A DNA stretch of 64,000 nucleotides from a virus. The position numbers and the translations under genes were made by a program. Of the stretch, positions 19,601 to 25,674 are shown piece after piece. Below the pieces are notes generated by a model. That model was given only the letters and a program-made list of their open reading frames with translations, made no database searches and was not told where the DNA came from. Every line of letters begins with the position of its first letter. Position 1 is the stretch's first letter. Location of the stretch: the IMG/VR virus record IMGVR_UViG_3300013117_000371; one strand, given 5' to 3'.

Positions 19601-19702
19601 CAACTCCCTCTTCCCGTACTTGACCGGGAACTGCCCCTCAAGGGCGCGCATGGCAGCGTTCAAGTTCTCCGAGTAGTCCCGGGGGAGCGTCCTGTCCGGC
19701 AT
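13664..19702 (-). CDS. rpoBC: DNA-directed RNA polymerase, fused beta-beta' single chain
   Basis: beta: GDKLSGRHGNKGV, LLNPVG, YLLKLIHQAEHKMNAR; beta': GHIRL, IPPVFRP, SGRAVIVPG, RDPVLH, catalytic NADFDGD (15554-15574), RSPLSC..C..CFG, AAQALGERGTQLTLRSFHLGG. Confidence 0.95.
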   Translation of the reverse strand: MPDRTLPRDYSENLNAAMRALEGQFPVKYGKRELRLSEVEVETPKDPTDVSAQKAARVQGKKWGVGIRGTVALYEEGRLVDKQRLRLVNVPVPTSRWSYIVNNSEYYPITQNRLKPGVFIHRKQTGDTVASFNLSRGRNFEVLYSPERQLYTLKYGDTNVPLYHVMKALGVDDGDMRSAWGAEVLQKNAATKPKLVRLLAAAGVDSNESGAPLLVREMFSAMEMSTPEVPEKTIGLKTTKVSSQVMLLSSRKLLNVVRGKDTPDRRDSLEYRWFMNMPAFVHERISRAGVTGKLKYRMAKSDDVTAIMGGSSPYDKSVWSIFTSAGLADRAPQTNPYAELGAVGRVSIMGEGGISNPDAITEAARSVYPTFVGVIDPVVTPESEKAGAVYPLSIGGTVKNREPALRVREVKTGQPHTFTVRELLNTPYALTDEYAQAKKAGRNVRAIKGGKVVEVPAGSVKYVIDPATTFSEVTLSTPFATATSPNRLEMVYRHLTSAIALRDREVPLVLTATDNGRIVERVIGDMVVMRSPVNGTVVSVNKDRILVNGEDGRKHKVFIPHMFPLNDGRSVEHHEPVVKKGDKVKKGDRLTEANTTRDGLIAMGVNARVGYMADGFNFEDAITISESFAAKLTSTAIVQKHYSEDAEVDAALFSRTVRPLSVEERATLEDGVVKPGTLVREGQILVAGVKKQAMSKEERLLGKKLGMETLRDASVVWDRQTPGIVQEVEKTPDGYYIAVAVEEVAKLGDKLSGRHGNKGVCGKIKPDSEMPTTRDGRPLDVLLNPVGIGGRTNPSQMYETLVGKVAKKKGHPIAVSSFSGGVRIVDVPAHERTYWVGRGEERRPIKKHIEAYSYERDFVEEVAELLKKNGMSDTEEVFVDGKKVGDVLVGYQYLLKLIHQAEHKMNARGAGYPYAYSAEGTPVKGGEAGEGEVGKAQSADRGMAMALLAHGAGENMREVLSYRGDKDNDAVWTAIQLGQTLPPPRVPKVYHKFEAYLNAAGLKLEREGDEMWLLPMTNKEILARSNGELTKPTMFSGKTGKAKAGELFDSKITGGLDGSGWGHIRLPYEVPNPVFISPISKILGLTRAHVIAVGSGQKGLQYEDGKYTAVDGPGNTTLGKALRELDVRKELSKGGDPLRQRFLRALDELGEGADVYMLRNVPVIPPVFRPVTSMKGRLIISDLNLLYGDLIATGNSLKGLKKETPELMAFEEGRNARGKLYADVAALFGLGKTEHYREAKGIFQQLHGTGSVKLGMVHRNIMRRRQDLSGRAVIVPGPGLHLDEVGVPREMLREMYQPFIVRELATLGLTPLVAKKLTEDRPEDPLVEAALKRAIADRPVWLKRDPVLHKFGVMAFFPRPTNENVIELHPLVTSVYNADFDGDTCSLFVPVSDEAVIEAKRSMPSRLLRSPSSGDYLYTPTHEALMGLFDMTAVRGKKAKKGFGDLKKAIAAQKRGEIGVTDRIRVAGKETTLGRSMIQGLLPPEMASFLAVGAPQLDKKRLQALAETLGVVSPARYGAVMDGLKNLGFEYSYRSGLSVSLGDLTPLRAERRRYLRQLEGAKNKEKAVRDVGRALERQQYPPGSTFTRMNRAGLKPAKANLQQMLLSPLFGDWGEGNLVPVRRGYAEGMNSMDYWSTAPTARKAVVQSVRSVRIPGDITKQMLAATMSSVIATRDCGSTGSVRPVSDAVDRVLGESTAGVRAGTIITPAEVDIFRRKGVKQVRVRSPLSCRNGEGICARCFGQTEHGPAQLGDNVGIKAAQALGERGTQLTLRSFHLGGFGELPPLDQVTNLLRLPQNLPGKATLSHLAGKVASVEKVPDGTYVHVTGSKGKGKYFAPVGRAVVVKRGQSVKLGEALTTGLVDPREVLAVTKSLPAAQRSMADSLMAVYGKYGIDPRNVEVLVRAVTNLAVVDDPGSSNKIKGEYIPYYQARAWNRSHDNSLRVTPVLKGVTALPQHRDTWLESLGYRGVKQTLIRAGATGERAEVHGLHPVPAWLSGAEFGKPKREGRPGY

Positions 19703-19866
19703 CGGTTCCCTCCACTAGTCCGTAGTCTAACCTACCCGGCGCTAAAAAGAAAGAAGCGTAGCAAAGGGCAGCCAAATCCCGCTATAAGAACAATGTACAG
19801 TGCCGAGAAAAACACCAGGCACTGTGGAATTGGGGAGAAAACCGCATAAGACAGGAGGTAGACAAT

Positions 19867-20967
19867 GTGGCACTAGACATCACAAGTGTGACTCGCCAGG
19901 TAGCACATCGGCTTGACGAGACACAACTCGACGGGAGGGTGATCGGAGGAAGGGGCGGATTCTCCCGATTCTTCCGAGACCACCTGCCAGAGGGGATGGT
20001 CCTCATCTCCAACGCCCAATCCATAAAGCTCTTTGAAGCCCACTACGGAAAGGCCCCCTGGGAAGCCTATGGCTGGGGGAAGGAAGAAGTGGGGCGGAGC
20101 GAAGCCGGGCGGGCAGTACTGAAAGAAGTTGAGGACACCGGAGTCATCCCCTACATGTTGGCCTGGGAGTACATCGTACCCCCGGATTGCGAAGTCACCC
20201 TGGTCAACGCCGAAACCGTAAGTAACTCATTCTTCGGTGCAAGTTTCAAATCGGCCATCCACCTCGTTGGGGACCCGTTCCGATCCCCAAGGCCGGGGGC
20301 GATGTCGAATCTGCTCATGAACGCCGCAGAGAACGAGGTCTCTCTGCCTTTCACGATCGTGCGGAATCTACGAGAGCTGGGGTTCCACCCGGACCAGTGG
20401 CTGCCGATAGATGAGGATATCATCCAAGTGGTGGACGCCATCGAGGAGGATGCCCGAATGATTACGGTCGTCGTGCCAACTTGGGCAGATATGGAGTTGA
20501 TTGATTGGGCAACGCCCAATCGCTTCCCCAAAGATGACTTTGGGGTGTTTGCCACTACCGTGGCGGACATAGCACGGCATGGCCCCAACCGAGCTTACGG
20601 GCTCATCCTGGAAGCCTGCCAAACGAAGTTCACTCGGGAACGGTATCTCCGGAGAGGCACGCCGGAAAAGACCGCTGAGGAACTCGCCAAGTGTGACTAC
20701 GTGTCGGACTTTGCCAAGGACACGGTACCCATGGATGTGCTGGAAAAGGACCTCAATGCCGTATGGTCCCCCACCGGCCTGAATTACCCCCGTGGGAGCG
20801 ACCGCCGCATCATGACGGTCTACACACTGAACGACACCGACTGGGTTGTGCTGCTCCCGCCCCCAGCCTGGTGGAAAGATCACGAGAGGGCATGGTACCT
20901 GTACCGTGCCGCCACGTCCGCAAGGGAGGGCATACTTGTCGTGGACGAGGAGGAGGAAGGGTTCTGA
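19867..20967 (+). CDS. RecD/Dda-like SF1 helicase homolog with degenerate Walker motifs
   Basis: LVGDPFRSP (motif III-like); C-terminal TVYTLNDTDWVV and YLYRAATSARE (motif V/VI-like); no GKT or DE motif. Confidence 0.55.
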   Translation: MALDITSVTRQVAHRLDETQLDGRVIGGRGGFSRFFRDHLPEGMVLISNAQSIKLFEAHYGKAPWEAYGWGKEEVGRSEAGRAVLKEVEDTGVIPYMLAWEYIVPPDCEVTLVNAETVSNSFFGASFKSAIHLVGDPFRSPRPGAMSNLLMNAAENEVSLPFTIVRNLRELGFHPDQWLPIDEDIIQVVDAIEEDARMITVVVPTWADMELIDWATPNRFPKDDFGVFATTVADIARHGPNRAYGLILEACQTKFTRERYLRRGTPEKTAEELAKCDYVSDFAKDTVPMDVLEKDLNAVWSPTGLNYPRGSDRRIMTVYTLNDTDWVVLLPPPAWWKDHERAWYLYRAATSAREGILVVDEEEEGF

Positions 20968-21052
20968 AAAAGAGAGCCCTCACAGCCCGACCAGGCGACG
21001 CAAACTGGTGGGACTGAGAGACATCGGCAACCTCAACCTATGAGGTAATCCG

Positions 21053-21154
21053 ATGTTCAACGCTGTTCTACTGGGGCTGGAGGTGGGCTGGGAGCTGTGG
21101 GAGCTAATCGACGGGTTTCTGGACCCGGAAGGTGAAATTCCACTGTTCGGCTGA
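21053..21154 (+). CDS. 33-aa small protein
   Basis: Read manually: MFNAVLLGLEVGWELWELIDGFLDPEGEIPLFG; GAGG RBS. Confidence 0.5.
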   Translation: MFNAVLLGLEVGWELWELIDGFLDPEGEIPLFG

Positions 21155-21162
21155 CTTCCGGC

Positions 21163-21210
21163 AAAGGGAGGGGGACGGTTCTGGGGACCGTCCCCCTTTC
21201 CCCCTTTTTT
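21163..21210 (+). terminator. intrinsic terminator between convergent genes
   Basis: GGGGGACGGT/ACCGTCCCCC stem followed by a pyrimidine run and T6. Confidence 0.7.
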
Positions 21211-23146
21211 AGCTGTACCCCGCTCTGCGTGGCGGGAGCTGCTCAGGGAGGGGCCTTTCAATGACCGGCTGCATGGGGTTGAATTGCTCCATCAGCGCCC
21301 GGTGCATATCAATGTTCTTGTTGGCGATGTCCTGCAACACCATAGCCCGCTGCAAGGGGGACTGATGCTTCAGCGCCATGCTGATCTTGTGTACTGCCCC
21401 CGGGTCCACACCTTCGGGAGGCACCATAGCGAGTATCTCCGGCGTTCCCATCACCCCGTGCGTTCCCGACAACTGGTCGGGGGGAGGCGCTAAGGGGGAT
21501 TCCCCCGGTTGAGCCTCCTGGCCGGGTTGAGGCTGTCCCTCTCCAGGGGCTCCTCCCGGCGGTGCTTCCTGGCCAGGTTGAGGCTGCCCAGGTTGAGGCT
21601 GCCCCGGTGGAGGGCCGAGCCCCAATTCCTCCTGCAACCGCTGAATCGCCGCCTGGTTGCGCACTCGCATCTTCTGCTCCTCGAGTTGTGCTTCCCAAAC
21701 GGCCTCACTGTCAAGGCCCATTCGCTCGTGCACCACCCGGTACGCCAGGCCGCCCTGGGCCGCCATGCCGCTCAGGATGGAGAGCTTCTGGACCTCGTCC
21801 CCGGACATGATGGGTTGGAGGAAGACCTCGTTGGGCAGCCCCCAGCCCAGAATGGAGGCGCACTTCTTCATCACGAACCGAATGAACCGCTTGTGCAAGT
21901 GCATCAACGCTATGAACTCGGTGTCCAATGCCCGCAGAGAATGGGAAGCGCCCGACCACGACTTGCCGCCCCACACGAACTCGACCGGTGTGCGCGCTCC
22001 AATGAGGATACGCTCCATCAGCAACCTGACCTGCTGGTCAGGCATGAGCAGGCGATTGGGGTCCCCGAACTGGAGCAGCTGCGACGGGATGGGGGAAATG
22101 GCCACCGAGGCCGGGTCCTGCTCCCAAGTCTCCAGCTGGCTGCGCATCTTGTCCATCCACATCTTTGCGGCGCCGGACAGGTTCACACTGTGCCCAGCAT
22201 CTCCGGAAGCGGCCGGGGTGATCATCCGGAAAGGGATGAGCTGAGTCATCACCAGCGCCTCCTCCGCTTTCAAAACAATCTTCATATGGAAGCAGTCAGG
22301 CAACGTCCCGGCCAACGTCGGCCAGGGCCACCCTTCCCTGGTCTGCACGGACTTCTTGTAGGTGGAAGGAGTCAGCGCTGTTTCCTCAAAGATGAACACC
22401 TGGTCATTGAACAGGTTCATCTTCTTATTACGGAGGATGGCCTCAACAAACTCCTGCGGGGTGTCGGCAATGGCCTCCCGCTTCCCTAACTTGACCTGGT
22501 TCCGAAACTCTTTGGAGAAATCCACCTGGTACTTAGGCTGCAACGAGAAGCCGACGCGCCTCACCGACAGCTCAAAGGGGTCCCACCGCCGTAGGGTGAT
22601 GCGATTCCCCGCCTTGATGTAGAAATCCCTGACCACTGCTCGTTGGTAGCTCTTGCAGACCACACAACGCACCCGGAAGGACTTGTCCCACGGGTCCACC
22701 TTGAACTTGGCGATCTTGGCTAAGTGAGGCTTCCCGCACTTCTTGCAGAGGAAGTACTTGTTGAACGGGGCGATCACCGACACTGCAGCGTGCCCGTACA
22801 CATAGAGGTCAAGGTTGATCTGCACCCGCAACGCCTGAATATCCAAAAACTCCGTCAGGAGCTCCACCCAGTCGTCTATTTCAGACTCCCGAAGCCCGCC
22901 CCGCAAAGTGAGATCGGTAACCGGGTACAATGCTTTGCGGACAATGGCAGCATTGAGTAGGGGGTTGAAGATGGCGAAGTAGGCGCACCACCGCCATACC
23001 TCATGGAGGGTGTCGGGGAGTACTGTACTGGCGTAATCCAAAAAAGGCGACGGGGGCTTGCTCAACGTCAGCCGGGACCGATCGTAAGCGGCCAGTTTGG
23101 AAGGCGGCCGCCTCTGCGGCAACGATTTGACTCTGCCTTCACCCAC
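21209..23146 (-). CDS. putative portal protein with Zn-ribbon insertion and PGQPQ-repeat tail
   Basis: WRWCAYFAIFNPLLNAAI..YP N-terminal pattern typical of large-phage portals; CKKC...CVVC; RILIGARTP; low-complexity P/G/Q C-terminus. Confidence 0.65.
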   Translation of the reverse strand: MGEGRVKSLPQRRPPSKLAAYDRSRLTLSKPPSPFLDYASTVLPDTLHEVWRWCAYFAIFNPLLNAAIVRKALYPVTDLTLRGGLRESEIDDWVELLTEFLDIQALRVQINLDLYVYGHAAVSVIAPFNKYFLCKKCGKPHLAKIAKFKVDPWDKSFRVRCVVCKSYQRAVVRDFYIKAGNRITLRRWDPFELSVRRVGFSLQPKYQVDFSKEFRNQVKLGKREAIADTPQEFVEAILRNKKMNLFNDQVFIFEETALTPSTYKKSVQTREGWPWPTLAGTLPDCFHMKIVLKAEEALVMTQLIPFRMITPAASGDAGHSVNLSGAAKMWMDKMRSQLETWEQDPASVAISPIPSQLLQFGDPNRLLMPDQQVRLLMERILIGARTPVEFVWGGKSWSGASHSLRALDTEFIALMHLHKRFIRFVMKKCASILGWGLPNEVFLQPIMSGDEVQKLSILSGMAAQGGLAYRVVHERMGLDSEAVWEAQLEEQKMRVRNQAAIQRLQEELGLGPPPGQPQPGQPQPGQEAPPGGAPGEGQPQPGQEAQPGESPLAPPPDQLSGTHGVMGTPEILAMVPPEGVDPGAVHKISMALKHQSPLQRAMVLQDIANKNIDMHRALMEQFNPMQPVIERPLPEQLPPRRAGYS

Positions 23147-23660
23147 CGTGCGCCTCCATCTGGGCGATCAACACCCGGTTCAACTTCCCCACATACTCCG
23201 CAGCTTCCTCGCGGAGACCGGGGGCCCTTATTGGTACCTTTACATACTCCGAAGACTTTTTCAACGGTTCCGGTAAAGTCCCCGCCCCATGCAGGTCGCT
23301 CACGGCCGCTGCGTACCGATAAACTTCGGGGGCGAACTGCTTATCCGTGTGCAACGCGAGCAACATCACCATCTGCGCCCCACCCACCAACTCAGGGATG
23401 CTCGGGGGCTCCAACAGCAAGAAGTTAGGGGTCCTGCCGTTGAGTGCCTGCACCACGTGAGAAAAGACCCGAAAGTCATCAAATGCGGCGTGGGAACAGC
23501 GAACGGTCTTTGCCCCTTGAATCTTGTTCCAATTGCCCTGGGAGCAAGGGCCGACAAACGACCTCAGCTTCGCTGCCCCCCACTCAACCCACCCAGCACC
23601 CCCTTCGTCCAAAAGGAACGCCAAGAACACTGGGTGGAGTGCGGGATCAGTCAGCTTCAC
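23139..23660 (-). CDS. hypothetical protein
   Basis: 173-aa ORF coupled to the portal gene. Confidence 0.7.
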   Translation of the reverse strand: MKLTDPALHPVFLAFLLDEGGAGWVEWGAAKLRSFVGPCSQGNWNKIQGAKTVRCSHAAFDDFRVFSHVVQALNGRTPNFLLLEPPSIPELVGGAQMVMLLALHTDKQFAPEVYRYAAAVSDLHGAGTLPEPLKKSSEYVKVPIRAPGLREEAAEYVGKLNRVLIAQMEAHGG

Positions 23661-23669
23661 CTGTCGTCT

Positions 23670-24425
23670 CTACTCGGCGCCCTCGGCTTGGGCAAGGTGG
23701 TGGAACTGCATGAGCTGGCCGTCGTTCCACACTTCAACCACAAGGGTGAGGGGCAAGAAAGCGTCCAGCGCCGTGCTGAACTGGTCGGCCAGGATGTGCA
23801 GCATGGCCCAGTTCGGCTCCAACCGGGAGAAGTACAGGTCGGCGAGCATCGCCATTCCCGCCACGCCGGTTCCCCAGGTGCCCGGGGCAGTGATGGCAGT
23901 GGAGGCCATGACGTCGGCGGCAACCAAGGTGACCGCATCCGTGCCGCTCACGGCAAACATCTCCCGCAAGGTGGCGTCCGCCAGCAAGGCGGTGCGCAAC
24001 CCAGCCAAGGTCCCGGACTCGTCGTTCGGGATGGAAATGGTCAAGGTCTCGGTGGCAGCGGCCCACGCCAAAACAAAGGCGGCGCCGGCAGCAACGTTGA
24101 TGACCAGGTTGTAGTCCTTCCCCGTGTTGCCCTCCAAGGCGTAAAGGCGGAAGCCGGCCTTCGGGGCCCAGTAACCCAGGCCATAGTTGATCTGGTAGGC
24201 TCCGATGTAAATCTCGTGCGAGGCCACAGCGTCCACAATGATCGGGTGCTGGTCATCCCCGGCGGGCCCGTCCCCCAGGCAGAAGAAGGGGATGGTGTTC
24301 CGCTGGAGGCCACCCTCGCTGTTCATGAACGCCCGGTCGATGTAGCTTCGGACGTCCTTCAGGCGCTCAGTGAACCAGCCGTGGTAACTCATCGACAGGA
24401 ACGCTCCAAAGTTGTTGCTCGGCAT
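23670..24425 (-). CDS. putative virion protein
   Basis: 251-aa Ala/Gly/Thr-rich ORF in the structural operon. Confidence 0.65.
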   Translation of the reverse strand: MPSNNFGAFLSMSYHGWFTERLKDVRSYIDRAFMNSEGGLQRNTIPFFCLGDGPAGDDQHPIIVDAVASHEIYIGAYQINYGLGYWAPKAGFRLYALEGNTGKDYNLVINVAAGAAFVLAWAAATETLTISIPNDESGTLAGLRTALLADATLREMFAVSGTDAVTLVAADVMASTAITAPGTWGTGVAGMAMLADLYFSRLEPNWAMLHILADQFSTALDAFLPLTLVVEVWNDGQLMQFHHLAQAEGAE

Positions 24426-24427
24426 GT

Positions 24428-25378
24428 CTACTCCTCCATGATAGTTGTGAGCACCCTACGGTGCTCACGGCTCAGGATTCCTATGTTCCCCGTGGCTACG
24501 GCGTTGCGCACGGTGGCGCCCATCACCGCCGCCACTTTCTCCAAGGTGTCTTCAGGGACCTCCTCTTTGGGCGGCACCTCCCGGTGACCGAACGTGGTCA
24601 AGAAAGCGTCCGGGTGCCCCTTCAAGCACACCTCCTGGTCCAACTGGTCCAACATACTGGCGTGCTTCTCCAAGTCCTGCTCTCCCAGGATGGTGTCAAA
24701 AAGGCTCAGCGCATCCGGCCGATGGGCCTCTAAGAACGCACGGCGCCGATCGAGCAGGAACTGGCGACTGGTGTTCTCATCTACGGCAGCGTACTTGCTC
24801 AATGGGTCGGGGGCCTCTACTCCGTGCATCAGCAGCTGCAAAGCCACCGACCGCCTCTCGCAGGGGCGCAAAGCGCCTATCTGGCCGGCCAAGCTAGCGG
24901 CTAGCTTCTCCAGTTGGTCTCTTGAGTCAAAGCCGACGTTGGCCCCCCGCACCACGATGAAGTTTTTCGGCTGAGGCCGAGCCTTTGGCTCTCGTACCTC
25001 GTCAAACTCCGCTGAGGCAGTCTTGGAAAGGTCGGCCCCGCCCTTCACTTTGAGCCCGAACTTCCTCAACGCCGTCAAGAGTCGAGCGCTGACCTCATCC
25101 CTGACTTCTTCGGGGAGCTTCTTGCCCGTGTGTAGGAAATAGAACATGGAAACCAAGGCGTTGGCCTGGTCCGAAATCGGGTAGTACCTTCCCACAACCT
25201 TGCCTTTCTGTTTCCGCACCAGGGCGAACTCCTGGTCGGGGAACTTCTTATGGTCCGCCTTGTCTACCCGCACCCCCTTAGAGATCCCACGAGCGGCGAC
25301 CTTGGCAAGTTCCCTTCCCTCACCCACAGTCTGGGCCAAGAACTCACCGCCGTCATCGTAATAATCCAACTGTATCAT
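24428..25378 (-). CDS. (E)KxA-motif protein with DUF6582-like segment
   Basis: Start MIQLDYYDDGG behind GGAGG; PDQEFAL...RYYPISD..NA...YF...ARL..ALRKFG; KVA, KTA, EKLA, EKHA, EKVA. Confidence 0.6.
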   Translation of the reverse strand: MIQLDYYDDGGEFLAQTVGEGRELAKVAARGISKGVRVDKADHKKFPDQEFALVRKQKGKVVGRYYPISDQANALVSMFYFLHTGKKLPEEVRDEVSARLLTALRKFGLKVKGGADLSKTASAEFDEVREPKARPQPKNFIVVRGANVGFDSRDQLEKLAASLAGQIGALRPCERRSVALQLLMHGVEAPDPLSKYAAVDENTSRQFLLDRRRAFLEAHRPDALSLFDTILGEQDLEKHASMLDQLDQEVCLKGHPDAFLTTFGHREVPPKEEVPEDTLEKVAAVMGATVRNAVATGNIGILSREHRRVLTTIMEE

Positions 25379-25418
25379 GTAGCGCCTCCGCCGAGCGGGG
25401 TTGCCTTTCTCACCCCCC

Positions 25419-25456
25419 ATAATACCCGGTTAAATCAAGCCGTCAAGAAATCGCAA
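25419..25456 (-). promoter_or_regulatory. sigma70-like promoter copy 1 (TTGACG-N16-TATTAT)
   Basis: Within a 35-bp repeat duplicated at 25625-25659. Confidence 0.6.
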
Positions 25457-25552
25457 TCGGGGGGTGTGCCCGCAGTACTTCCATGTTAGTTACGACTCCG
25501 CCAGCAGCGGACACCCCCCGCCTTCAGGCCACCGAGGAGACGCCCAACTTGC

Positions 25553-25581
25553 TTGACATCTACAGTTTACATTGGTAGTGT
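25553..25581 (+). promoter_or_regulatory. sigma70-like promoter TTGACA-N17-TAGTGT
   Basis: Perfect -35 hexamer and 17-bp spacer upstream of the endolysin gene. Confidence 0.65.
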
Positions 25582-25621
25582 GTGGACAGGAATCCCCCAC
25601 CGTGAGGTGGGGGAGGAGGCC

Positions 25622-25659
25622 AAGATACCTGGTTAAATCAGGCCGTCAAGAAATCGCAA
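25622..25659 (-). promoter_or_regulatory. sigma70-like promoter copy 2 (TTGACG-N16-TATCTT)
   Basis: 35-bp direct repeat of 25422-25456 with 2 mismatches. Confidence 0.55.
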
Positions 25660-25674
25660 AAGGAGGGACCACAC

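Noticed and set aside
20980-21020. c-di-GMP-I riboswitch (CACAG...GACGCAAA resemblance)
   Set aside because: Lacks the GGCAAA segment and GNRA-capped P2, and the stem order does not fit the consensus
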